Shown here one piece after another: positions 37,213-46,212 of a stretch of 64,000 bases of DNA. A model generated the notes under the pieces. The model worked only from the letters and a program-made list of their open reading frames with translations, was not told the DNA's origin and ran no database searches. The first letter of the stretch is position 1; each line of letters begins with the position of its first letter. The stretch comes from a bacterium (GTDB lineage Bacteria; Bdellovibrionota_B; Oligoflexia; Oligoflexales; RGVZ01), in contig RGVZ01000001.1 of the NCBI GenBank assembly GCA_010029825.1, forward strand, positions 3,030 through 67,029. The letters are read 5' to 3'. The position numbers were made by a program, and so were the translations under genes.

Positions 37213-37987
37213 CTAACGGCGCCGGGAACCCGACTCAAGTGAGTCGATCCGGCGCCGGTTTTTTTTGCTTATTTCCGTGTGGGGATTTTGCGCGTGCTGC
37301 TTTAAATATCCCGGCAGCGCGACGGTATCTTCGCCGTGCGCCAGTGCCTTTGCCTCCAAAAGAGCCGCTCTCAGGGTGCTGGCCCTGTTGTCGTTCACGG
37401 TCACTTTTTTCCGCAAATAGCGAGCCCAGTAAAATTCTTGAAAAGGTTGGTCGAGGTCCTCGAAACATCCTTCCTCGCGCAAGAGCCAGGCAAGGCTGCG
37501 GTGGCGGTCATCCTTCAGGTCCCGTAGCCTGAGCGGCAAGTCCGCCGGCTGGATAGGTTTGTCGGCGGAATCGTACAGCCACACCCAGTTGCGTTCCCTC
37601 ATGATGCGCCAGAACTCTTCCTCCCCCGATGACGACAGGTCGGCCAGGACCTTGGCTGGGGCCTTGGCCTCCATGATCCCGCGTGACGCGAGGTCCAGGA
37701 GCGCCCATGACACGTGATGTCCATCGACCAGGTGCAGTTTTCCCCCGGGGCCGTGCACGACGGAAACGGGATGGTCCTCAAGATATTCTCGCCGTTCGAG
37801 AGCCGTCATCTGTTCTGCGGATCCTGGATTCGGCGAGTCCGATCGATTGTTGGCTGGGAAGCACTGAGCCTAGGTCCATCCATGTCGAGCGCGGCGCGGC
37901 GCGGCTCGCGACTGGGATGGACGCGATCGCGCAGACCATCAAAATGCGGCGGAATCGATCCCGCCATCCTGTCTGGATTTGGCCCAT
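37213..37987 (-). pseudogene. ParB-like nuclease domain protein (ParBc_2-like), interrupted by a frameshift
   Basis: ORF 37778..37987 carries a signal peptide plus 'VLPSQQSIGLAESRIRR' (cf. the L-R-P-T-Q-x-x-x-G motif). ORF 37213..37809, in another frame, continues 'ALERREYLEDHPVSVVHGPGGKLHLVDGHHVSWAL...FWRIM...DDRHRSLAWLLR...FQEFYWARYLR'. A stop (TAG) lies 20 codons upstream of the ATG in the main frame. Confidence 0.55.
37217..37266 (+). terminator. rho-independent terminator after tRNA-Ser
   Basis: The outer stem CGGCGCCGG (37217-37225) pairs with CCGGCGCCG (37249-37257). An inner stem CGACTCA/TGAGTCG is present, and T8 follows. Confidence 0.7.
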
Positions 37988-38145
37988 GGGAGCCTCCCCG
38001 GTGGTTACCTTTTGAAGATGCTAGCGGAAACGCCACATCTATTGGAACTCTCAATTGAATCAGGTCGCGCCGGGGCGTGCCCTCCAAGGCCCGAACTTGG
38101 TAAGATGGAAGGACCCTCAGCCCCCTCAACCAAGGACCTGACGTC

Positions 38146-40050
38146 ATGCGCAAAACCAGCTTCTTGACCAAAGTTTCGGTGTTCTCGATCGCGATCCCGG
38201 TCGCTGTGTTCGCGGTCACGGCCGGGTGCAAGACCCGTTCCCAGGTCGCCTCAGAGAAAGCGATCCGCGTTCATCCGGTCCTCGGTTCCCTGCGCGCAAG
38301 TTGCGCTGGAGGAAGCTGTCACGGGGTCGTGTCCAAGGCAATCCTGACTCGTTGGCAGAAGAGCACAAAGGTCGTCTACGACTGTCTCAGGACGAACGGG
38401 GCCAAGGAGGAGTCGCTACTGGCTGGCGGCAATGCCGACAAGCTGGCCGAGTGCCTCGAGGACTTTCCCCAGGGCGCGGGATTGTTCAGGACATACTACC
38501 AGTCGAAGGACTTTGAAGGATTGTTGCGCAAAGCCAAGCGGTCAGATGACGACATTGGTTACCTGCAAAGCATGGTGATGCCGAACCCTCAAAGCGCGAC
38601 TCAGGCACAGCTCGCTTATGCCAGCGATGAAGCGAAGCTGTGGCAAAACATTTTGTGGTTCGCCTCCGAAGACGCGGTGACAGCGATCGACAAATTACCG
38701 GAAGAGTCTGTGAACGCGAAGACTTGCAAGTCTGACCGGATTTCAAGGTCTCTTGTCTCCCATGTGACAGAGAAATCATCAAATCCATTCGCCAACTGGT
38801 GGTCCCGCAAGAATCTGGAGAACCAGTTGGCGATGTTTGCCTGTCCGGATCAGCGCCGTGGCGCCTACAACCCGGAGGCGGATTGTTTCAAGGGTGCGTC
38901 CAACGTCACGGGCATCGCCGCCCCGCAGCCAGGCGGCGAAGGCGAGGCGCCGTTTCGCATCGTCGCCCTGCGCGAACTCCCGGCCAACACATATTATTGG
39001 ATGCGTGTCTCACCTGACGGCCGGTTTGTGGGTAACGGCAGCTCAGAAGACATGGACCCTGAGGGGAACGGTTTTGAGGCCTTCGTGGATGACCTTGCCG
39101 CCGCGAATCGCAGGGTCATCGTCCGGGCGAAGTACGATCCAGGTTTCACGCCGGACAATGAATGGTTCCTGTTCCAGGGCGCCAACGGGGACCACGCGCA
39201 GGCCGCGTTCTGTCGCATGAGTGTCCTTTCGCGCATGAACAAGATCGAGCCGATGCCGCCCGCGTGCCTCGGGCCGACGGAGAGAGACGGGAGTCACATC
39301 CACCTTTACCAGAGCATCGGGGCTGACCCGGAGGGTGGACCGTACGTGATCGCGCAAGGCGGCTGGGAAAACGACAATGGCGGCAACTCGGCAAGTGGAG
39401 GACGCCTCGTTTTCAATGCGGACCCTATCGTCAAGCAAGGCAAGAACAACCTGAACGTCTTCGTGTTTGATGGAGCCGGATCCGGTTTGGCGGATAGCCT
39501 CGTCTTCAATAACGAAGGCGACTGGGTTGTTTCCCCGACGACGCGCCTTGTCGTCGGGCGGTACGGTCAGGGGTCATCCGAGCAGCACGGCTACAGGATC
39601 CACATGCTGAATGTGCAACCGGACACCGGGAAGAAGGCCGGGTTCTCGGTCTCGCACAAGGTTGTCGGGGAGATTTGCAATGTCGATCCGGCGACCCGCA
39701 AGCCGCAGTTCAGGGGTGGAAAGGTCCAGATCTCCCTGGACGACCGTTTCCTCGCGACCCATCGTTATACCGGTACGGAAGAAGCCTCACTGGAGAAGGC
39801 CTCGTCGGATATTATGCTCTACGACACGCTCACGGGAAATTCGATGCAGGTCACGAACATGCCAACGGGCATGTACGCACTGTACCCGTCGTGGCGTTCG
39901 GACGGTTGGATCTATTTCCTCGTGCGTGACCGTCGTACCAACGCGGGCAAGGATTTCGTGGCGGCGACCAACGCGGCCTGGTGGCTGTCGCGGCAGCCCG
40001 GGTCCAACACGAACATCGTCGATGACAACGAATTCGAAGGGGGAGAGTGA
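38146..40050 (+). CDS. lipoprotein with N-terminal cytochrome-like CX4CH segment and TolB-like beta-propeller-like C-terminal part
   Basis: The lipobox is 'AVTAGC'. Contains 'HPVLGSLRASCAGGSCHG' and 'MVMPNP'. The C-terminal region has 'SPDGRF', 'WRSDGWIYF' type repeats. Confidence 0.6.
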   Translation: MRKTSFLTKVSVFSIAIPVAVFAVTAGCKTRSQVASEKAIRVHPVLGSLRASCAGGSCHGVVSKAILTRWQKSTKVVYDCLRTNGAKEESLLAGGNADKLAECLEDFPQGAGLFRTYYQSKDFEGLLRKAKRSDDDIGYLQSMVMPNPQSATQAQLAYASDEAKLWQNILWFASEDAVTAIDKLPEESVNAKTCKSDRISRSLVSHVTEKSSNPFANWWSRKNLENQLAMFACPDQRRGAYNPEADCFKGASNVTGIAAPQPGGEGEAPFRIVALRELPANTYYWMRVSPDGRFVGNGSSEDMDPEGNGFEAFVDDLAAANRRVIVRAKYDPGFTPDNEWFLFQGANGDHAQAAFCRMSVLSRMNKIEPMPPACLGPTERDGSHIHLYQSIGADPEGGPYVIAQGGWENDNGGNSASGGRLVFNADPIVKQGKNNLNVFVFDGAGSGLADSLVFNNEGDWVVSPTTRLVVGRYGQGSSEQHGYRIHMLNVQPDTGKKAGFSVSHKVVGEICNVDPATRKPQFRGGKVQISLDDRFLATHRYTGTEEASLEKASSDIMLYDTLTGNSMQVTNMPTGMYALYPSWRSDGWIYFLVRDRRTNAGKDFVAATNAAWWLSRQPGSNTNIVDDNEFEGGE

Positions 40051-41528
40051 GCGTGAATATTGCCCGGCGCGTGATTTGGCTCGCTCTCATTTTGACAGTT
40101 GTCCCGATGGCAGGTTGCAAGACCCGCTCTGCCGTGTCCTCGCAAGTTCGCGGTGCCGGATTGGCCCGCCCTGACGCGGCGACCCTCGCCCTGTTCGATA
40201 ATTATTGCTCGGGTTGCCACGCGGCATACGCCGGCGGTGGCGATCAGGCGTGGGCGTCGATCCGGCGGGACGCCGCGGAAATCAGCGTGCGACTTGACTG
40301 GGATCATGCCGACAAGGACCAGATGATGCCGCCGCCCGACGCGGAGCAGCACGCGCGGCTGGCCGCGGCGCCCGGCGACCGCGAAAAGATGCGTAATGCT
40401 GTCAAGGGCGCGCGTTCGGGTGGTCTGGCGACGGAGTTGCCTCTGGACCGGATCCGTTTGCAGCCCGGGTTCAGGATCGCGGTCTGGGCGAAGGCGCCGG
40501 GGGCGCGTTCGATGACCATGGGCGATGACGGCACGGTGTATGTCGGGACTGGAGGCCTCGGTGGCCGCCACAAGAAAGTGTACGCGATCAAGGACGCGGA
40601 TGGGGACGGCACTGGTGAGTCCGTCACGATCGTCCGTGATTTTGAGAAGACGGATCCTGATGACGAATTGCTGGTGCCCAACGGCGTCGCGTTCAAGGAC
40701 GGGGCTCTTTACGTCGGGATGATCAACCGGATATTCCGGTTTGACAACATTGGCGCGAACTACAACCGCAATCCGCGACCTGAAGTCGAAGCTGTGCGGT
40801 TTCCAGACGTGATGCATCACGGATGGAAGTTCATCGCGTTCGGCCCGGATGGGCGGCTTTACGTTCCGGTTGGGGCCGAGGGCAACATGACCGAGGACCC
40901 GGAGCATTTCGCTCTGATTTACCGTTTGAGCGAGGACATGACCTCAAAGGAAGTTTTCGCGAAGGGCGTACGGAATACCGTCGGATTCGACTGGCATCCG
41001 GTGACTGGAGAAATGTGGTTTACGGACAACGGGCGTGACAACCTGGTGATCGACGCGCGCGGTTCCGACGATGTTCCCCCAGATGAACTGAACCGCGCGC
41101 CGCGCGCCGGCCTCAATTTCGGGCATCCATTCTGCCACGGTGGCTACATCCAGGATCCAGATCCGGCTTACTCCAAGTGGGGAAAGTGCAGCGACGCGGT
41201 TCCCCCGGTGCAAAAACTCGGTCCGCACGTGGCAGCCCTGGGGATGCGTTTCTACACGGGCCAGAGTTTTCCACAGGAATTCCGCAACCAGGTTTTCATC
41301 GCCGAGCACGGGTCGTGGAACCGCTCCCAGCGCATCGGGTACCGCGTGACTCTGGTCCGTCTGGACGGCAACCAAGCGATTTCTTACGAGGATTTTGCTA
41401 CCGGATGGCTAGGCGAGGACGGCAACCGGTGGGGGCGTCCCGTCGACGTCCTGGTCGCTCCCGACGGGGCACTGCTGGTTTCGGATGATTTGGCCGGCGT
41501 GATTTACCGGATCACCTACCAGCCCTGA
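40047..41528 (+). CDS. PQQ-dependent sugar (glucose/sorbosone) dehydrogenase-like lipoprotein with N-terminal c-type haem motif
   Basis: The GTG at 40047 overlaps the upstream stop; GTG 40053 follows GGGGGAGAG. The lipobox is 'PMAGC'. Contains 'NYCSGCHAAY' (CXXCH) with 'QMMPPP', and GSDH-like 'HGWKFIAFGPDGRLYVPVG', 'NTVGFDWHP', 'GRPVDVLVAPDGALLVSDD'. Confidence 0.78.
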   Translation: MSVNIARRVIWLALILTVVPMAGCKTRSAVSSQVRGAGLARPDAATLALFDNYCSGCHAAYAGGGDQAWASIRRDAAEISVRLDWDHADKDQMMPPPDAEQHARLAAAPGDREKMRNAVKGARSGGLATELPLDRIRLQPGFRIAVWAKAPGARSMTMGDDGTVYVGTGGLGGRHKKVYAIKDADGDGTGESVTIVRDFEKTDPDDELLVPNGVAFKDGALYVGMINRIFRFDNIGANYNRNPRPEVEAVRFPDVMHHGWKFIAFGPDGRLYVPVGAEGNMTEDPEHFALIYRLSEDMTSKEVFAKGVRNTVGFDWHPVTGEMWFTDNGRDNLVIDARGSDDVPPDELNRAPRAGLNFGHPFCHGGYIQDPDPAYSKWGKCSDAVPPVQKLGPHVAALGMRFYTGQSFPQEFRNQVFIAEHGSWNRSQRIGYRVTLVRLDGNQAISYEDFATGWLGEDGNRWGRPVDVLVAPDGALLVSDDLAGVIYRITYQP

Positions 41529-41592
41529 GCGATTTTAGTTGAAAAACGCTGTTCGAGACGTAGAACCATCGGGCTCTCAAAAGGAGGACCCG

Positions 41593-42813
41593 ATGGATTT
41601 CCGGCCCGAAGTTTTCACGCCGTCTTACTGGATGGATGTTCCCGCTATCGAGGGGCAGATGACCCGGCCGCGCGATGGCGGAGGAATTCTGGTCATCGGT
41701 TCGGGCCTCTCTGGCGTGAGTTCGGCATACTGGCTGAAAGAAGTCGGCTTTGAAGATGTGACGATGGTGGACTTCGCCCTGCCCCATGCCGCCACGTTCC
41801 GTAACTGCGGGCATATCCTGTACGGGACGGTGGAGTCCATGCAGGCGCTGGTCGCGTTGCACGGTCGCGAAACAGCAAGGGAGATCTGGGAATTTTCCAT
41901 CGGCATCTGTCACGAGGTCCGGGAGACCGTGCGGCGCCTCCGGTTGGACGCGGACTACGAGCAGTCCGGGTACCTGGTCATCGCGATTGACGAGACCGAG
42001 GACAAGGAAATCCACGAATCGATCGAGTTGCTGCGCGGTATGGGTTTCCAGAGCGATTATGTCGAGCCGGGGAAATTGCGCCAACTGGGATTCAAGAATG
42101 TGCGCGGCGCGCGTTACGAGGCAGGATCGGCGCAGGCGCATCCGATGAAGTTCCGCAATGGTGTGCTGAAGCATTGCGTCGACCATGGAGTCGATTATCA
42201 CAGCGGCGTGCGTGTGACGTCGGTTGAGGAAGAGGGTGACCACGTCCTGGTCAACACGGAGCAGTGGGGCCAGTTGCGTTATGACGCGGTCGTCATCGCG
42301 GCCAACGCCTACAGTCCTTTGTTGTCGCGGTACTTCGAGGAACGCCGCCTCGTGGAGCCGTTCCGTGGGCAGATCATCACCTCAAAGCCCCTCAAGCATG
42401 AATTCAAGGTCAAGCATCCGCACAGTTTCGACCATGGCTACGAATACGCCCTGGTCACCACGGACAACCGGTTGATGATCGGCGGATGGCGCAATAACAC
42501 TCCCGGTGGCGAGGTCGGCACCTACGATATCGACCCGAACAAGTTCGTTGAGCAAGGGCTGAAGGACTTTGTCGAGGAACACTACGAGATCAAAGAGAAG
42601 ATCGAGTGGGAATACTCCTGGGCAGGGATCATGGCCACGTCCAAGACAGGATTTCCTTTCATCGGGCCGACCACCAGTCCGCGGATCTTCACTTGCTCGG
42701 GTTACACGGGGCACGGGTTCTCGTGGGCGCACGGCAGCGCGAAGTTGCTGGCGGATGTCATGGCGGGGAACCAGGTCCCCGCCGTCGCGAAATACTTCAA
42801 TCCGAAACTGTGA
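41593..42813 (+). CDS. FAD-dependent oxidoreductase (DAO family)
   Basis: The ATG at 41593 follows AGGAGG. The dinucleotide fold 'ILVIGSGLSGVSSAYWL' is present. Confidence 0.85.
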   Translation: MDFRPEVFTPSYWMDVPAIEGQMTRPRDGGGILVIGSGLSGVSSAYWLKEVGFEDVTMVDFALPHAATFRNCGHILYGTVESMQALVALHGRETAREIWEFSIGICHEVRETVRRLRLDADYEQSGYLVIAIDETEDKEIHESIELLRGMGFQSDYVEPGKLRQLGFKNVRGARYEAGSAQAHPMKFRNGVLKHCVDHGVDYHSGVRVTSVEEEGDHVLVNTEQWGQLRYDAVVIAANAYSPLLSRYFEERRLVEPFRGQIITSKPLKHEFKVKHPHSFDHGYEYALVTTDNRLMIGGWRNNTPGGEVGTYDIDPNKFVEQGLKDFVEEHYEIKEKIEWEYSWAGIMATSKTGFPFIGPTTSPRIFTCSGYTGHGFSWAHGSAKLLADVMAGNQVPAVAKYFNPKL

Positions 42814-42828
42814 TCCCCCGGGGGGCTC

Positions 42829-44010
42829 TCAGAACTTCAGGAGCAGCTTGAGCTGCGCCGTGGTGCCAGACAGGTTGTAATTGTTCGTGGCACCAACAGT
42901 GCGCTCTTGCTCAAAATCGATGCGAACCGGGATTTTCCAGGTCGAGTAGAAGTCGAGCCTCACCCCCGTTGCCATCGATTTGCGGGTGACTTTCTCTTTG
43001 GTCACCTCGTTGTCGATCTTTTCCTTGCTGTCGTTGTCGTAGCCATAAGTTGCCGTCAGGCCGACCGGCACGAGCCAACTGCCGAAAACGCCAAGACCGA
43101 AGGCAGCGCGGGCGAATCCGTAGTTGCGCATGCCGTCGCGTTCGACGTCGACTTCCGTGCCGTCAGACGCGGATTTCTTGCCCTTTTGAACCATCTGGCC
43201 GCTGGTGTTTTGCAAAGACAGGGTCAGCCCGCGGAACGGTAGCAGGTCGAGATTGAATTGCACGCCCGCCTCGGTGACGCCACGGCCGGTGGTGCGCATG
43301 GTGTCTGGCGTGTCTTTGTACTTGCCCGTGGGCAGCGTCATGCCAAGCCCGATTGAGGATTGCACGGATCCGCTGGGGATCAGGGCGTAAAGGAAACCGA
43401 CTCGCGTGTCGCCCAGACCGGTTTCTCCGTCCGCGTAGGCGGTTTCAGCGGCATCCACAATCGCGGCGTCAACTCCGGATTGGATCAAGGTCATGATCGG
43501 CAGGCCGGTAGTCGGATCCAGGGCCGCGCCGGATGTGATGGCGGCGCTGCAGACGGCCGTACTGGGGCAAGCCCCGAGGGCCTGCAGAACGGCAGCCTTC
43601 TGGGCGACTTGAGCGGCAACAGCCGTGTCATAAGCCGTCTGGTAAGTTGTCGTAGCACGGAGGTCATCGACCGAGCGGAGTTTCACGGTCTGATTGGTGT
43701 ATTTGAGCGCGTATAACTGTAACGAGAGGCGGTTGGTCAGGCCCAGCTCGAACGCGGCTCCGTTGGCAGAGGTCGAGATGTCATATGGGATCGAACTCTT
43801 GTTCCCATCCGCGTCGTATTGGGCGTCGGCAGAGCGTTTGACCTGAATCGCGCGGACCTGGACCACGCCCGCGGGCAACGTTTTACCGGCAGGTTCGGTT
43901 GAGTACCACCCTGTCTCGTTTCCCTCAGCGAGGGCCACCGGCGCGGCTCCCCACGCCAGTAACGATATGGCTGCCAACGATGGCAGCAAAAATCGGATGC
44001 GAGTTTTCAT
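42829..44010 (-). CDS. outer-membrane beta-barrel protein (transporter-like)
   Basis: The ATG at 44010 leads into a signal peptide (MKTRIRFLLPSLAAISLLAWGAAPVALA). The protein ends in '...LKLLLKF' (C-terminal Phe). Confidence 0.68.
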   Translation of the reverse strand: MKTRIRFLLPSLAAISLLAWGAAPVALAEGNETGWYSTEPAGKTLPAGVVQVRAIQVKRSADAQYDADGNKSSIPYDISTSANGAAFELGLTNRLSLQLYALKYTNQTVKLRSVDDLRATTTYQTAYDTAVAAQVAQKAAVLQALGACPSTAVCSAAITSGAALDPTTGLPIMTLIQSGVDAAIVDAAETAYADGETGLGDTRVGFLYALIPSGSVQSSIGLGMTLPTGKYKDTPDTMRTTGRGVTEAGVQFNLDLLPFRGLTLSLQNTSGQMVQKGKKSASDGTEVDVERDGMRNYGFARAAFGLGVFGSWLVPVGLTATYGYDNDSKEKIDNEVTKEKVTRKSMATGVRLDFYSTWKIPVRIDFEQERTVGATNNYNLSGTTAQLKLLLKF

Positions 44011-44090
44011 GGGTTTACCCCCCTTTTTAGTGAGGACCCGAGGGGTCCGGTGGCGCGTTCTCGCCATCCAAAAAGGGTCGACGTAATTGG

Positions 44091-44894
44091 TTAAAACTTT
44101 AGGGTGAAAATGGCGATCGTTGTCGCCACAGCGAATCGATAGACCATGAACCAGAAGAACCCGTTATTCCTGACAAATTTCATCATGAAGGATATGGCGA
44201 GGCAGCCCGAGGCGAAGGACACCAGAGTGCCCACGTACAGAATCGGGTCCGACACGTAATTCAGGATGTCGCGCAATTCCAGCAGCGCGGCGCCGAACAT
44301 CGCGGGTGTGCCAAGCAGGAAAGAAAATCTCGCGGCATCGGGTCTGGCGAATCCCAGGAAACGGCCGGCGATGATCGTCGAGCCACTACGTGACACTCCG
44401 GGAATGAGAGAGCAAGCCTGTCCGATGCCGATCAAGATGCCGTCTTTGATGGTCAGTTGATCGAGGCTACGTGTGGCCGGGCGGGTCTTGTCTGACCACC
44501 ACAAAAGCACGCCCACCAACGCGAGGGGGACGATGACGATGACGGGATGATGAAGTTTTTCCTCGATGATCTTGTGGAATTTCAGTCCGATGAAGCCCGC
44601 CGGAATCGATCCGAGGACAAGGGCAGGCAGCAGGACATCCGAGCCAAAAGACCTGGTACCCGTCGTGATCCGGCGGACGGTCGCGCGTCCCATGGCCAGC
44701 CAGTCCTGATAGAAATAGGCGAGTACGGCAAGCACCGTACCTACGTGCAGCGCGACGTTGAGGGCTAGTGGCAGCGGGTGTCCCGACATTAGCTCTGATA
44801 CGAAGATCAAGTGGGCAGAGCTCGAGACCGGCAATAGTTCGGTGATGCCTTGGACGAGCCCGAGGACAACTCCAACGATCAGGTCCTGGTTCAT
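44091..44894 (-). CDS. uppP: undecaprenyl-diphosphate phosphatase
   Basis: Contains 'GVVLGLVQGITELLPVSSSAHL' and 'PGVSRSGSTI'. Confidence 0.92.
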   Translation of the reverse strand: MNQDLIVGVVLGLVQGITELLPVSSSAHLIFVSELMSGHPLPLALNVALHVGTVLAVLAYFYQDWLAMGRATVRRITTGTRSFGSDVLLPALVLGSIPAGFIGLKFHKIIEEKLHHPVIVIVPLALVGVLLWWSDKTRPATRSLDQLTIKDGILIGIGQACSLIPGVSRSGSTIIAGRFLGFARPDAARFSFLLGTPAMFGAALLELRDILNYVSDPILYVGTLVSFASGCLAISFMMKFVRNNGFFWFMVYRFAVATTIAIFTLKF

Positions 44895-44991
44895 TCGTCC
44901 TCCGCGTTGCTTTTTTCACGTCTTGACTGGATGTTTGACTGGAATCTTAATATGAATGGCATTGTGAGTCGAGGTCGCACGAGGAGGTTCC

Positions 44992-45255
44992 GTGTCCCAG
45001 GTTATCGTTACCAATGATGTGTTGCGCGGAAAGCGCGAGGAATCAAGGCGTCAGGAGCACAAGATCGACCGTGAGTCGGTATTTGCCCAGTGGCGCAGAA
45101 GCGACATCACCACGCGTCGTGATCCGGTCGCGGCATTGATCGGCGTGGCAGCCATTCCCGTTGTCGCTTTCTGGTCGTTCGTGGCGGGTTGTCTGACTTT
45201 CTCGTTTACCGTGATGCTCGGCGTGTTCAAGGTCCTCGGGAAATTGTTTCGCTGA
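44992..45255 (+). CDS. small membrane protein, hypothetical
   Basis: 87-aa ORF with a GTG start after GAGGAGG. Has a basic N-terminus and two hydrophobic segments. Confidence 0.45.
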   Translation: MSQVIVTNDVLRGKREESRRQEHKIDRESVFAQWRRSDITTRRDPVAALIGVAAIPVVAFWSFVAGCLTFSFTVMLGVFKVLGKLFR

Positions 45256-45311
45256 ACATTCTTTCCAGAACTGACGACACTTGCGTCGGAGCGCTGGTGA
45301 TGAAAATAAGA

Positions 45312-45334
45312 AGGGCGGCCTCCTTGGCCGCCCT
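45312..45334. terminator. GC-rich hairpin between convergent genes
   Basis: AGGGCGGCC (45312-45320) pairs with GGCCGCCCT (45326-45334). T-rich sequence lies on both flanks. Confidence 0.55.
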
Positions 45335-45347
45335 CTGATTTTCAGGA

Positions 45348-45983
45348 TTAGCCCTTCGGCTTTTCCGGGGCAACAACAAAGTTTTTTCGGATCAGGGCGA
45401 TCATGCCCGCGATTTCCTCTTTGGTGGGCTTGCCCCAGCTGTGGTGGATCAGCTCGCCCTTCTGGTTCAGGATCAGGAAGTTGTAGGCGTCATCTTTCAG
45501 TCCCCACTCCTTGACCAGGTGCTTTGTGAAATCCTTCGCGTAAGTCGTGTTCGGGAAACGTTTTTGCTTGGCCGACAATCTTATCTCGATCAGAAAATTC
45601 GGGATGTTGGTGGCTTTCATGTTGACGATGGCGGATGAGTGTACTTGATCCCCTGGAAATTTTTCGGCATCCAGCAGGTTTGCCAGTTCCTCGCCGTCTT
45701 CCTGGGCGTCAGGGTCAACGTAAAACAAGAGATGGATGCGTCCGAGGTAGTCCTTGTAGTCCCAGGGGGTTCCGTCAAGTTTTCCGCCATTTTCACCGTC
45801 CAGCCGGGCGTCGGGCGGCAATGACCCGACTTTCCACAAGATCATCGCGTCCCCGGCGAACGCGGTTGCGCCTGGCAGGAGGAAGCAGGCCATCGTGACA
45901 GGCAACAGTAAACAGGACAGGAAGACAGAAAATCGCGAGGTCATACGCGTGCTCGCTCGGCAGGTCGCGGGCCTGGGCTCCAT
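45348..45983 (-). CDS. YtfJ-family (thioredoxin-like) periplasmic protein
   Basis: The ATG at 45983 follows AAAGGAG. Has a signal sequence. 'LLFYVDPDA...AEKFPGDQVHSSAIVNM...LILNQKGELIHHSWGKPTKEEIAGMIALI' is colinear with E. coli YtfJ as recalled. Confidence 0.65.
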   Translation of the reverse strand: MEPRPATCRASTRMTSRFSVFLSCLLLPVTMACFLLPGATAFAGDAMILWKVGSLPPDARLDGENGGKLDGTPWDYKDYLGRIHLLFYVDPDAQEDGEELANLLDAEKFPGDQVHSSAIVNMKATNIPNFLIEIRLSAKQKRFPNTTYAKDFTKHLVKEWGLKDDAYNFLILNQKGELIHHSWGKPTKEEIAGMIALIRKNFVVAPEKPKG

Positions 45984-46212
45984 CGGATGACTCCTTTGAT
46001 AGGGTTTATTCCAGTTTCCCAGAGCCGCAGCCAAGAATCCAGACGGCGAAATTGTCGAATTGACAAATCCTCTCGCGATCCCCTGCCTTAGCGGGCTGTT
46101 CAAAAATACGACATGGGCTGTGCAACCCGCCAAAAAACCCTACGATTTAAGATGTTGATGGAATGCTGCCGATTCCCTAAGAAGGACCTGTTGGTCCTTC
46201 GGGAGAAGCAAG

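Noticed and set aside
37204-38145. Genomic island integrated at tRNA-Ser
   Set aside because: No integrase or recombinase is present, no direct repeat of the tRNA 3' end was seen downstream, and flanking genes look like ordinary chromosomal lipoprotein and redox genes.
39912-40907. 331-aa ORF on the minus strand
   Set aside because: It is antisense to the 3' end of the lipoprotein gene and the 5' half of the sugar dehydrogenase gene. The translation is Arg/Pro-rich with no motifs.
42886-42901. TGGCAC-containing sigma-54-like hits inside genes (also at 15696 and 15094)
   Set aside because: They are located within coding regions with no downstream gene start on the relevant strand. Their -12 elements deviate from TTGC (GTGC, TGTC, ACGC).
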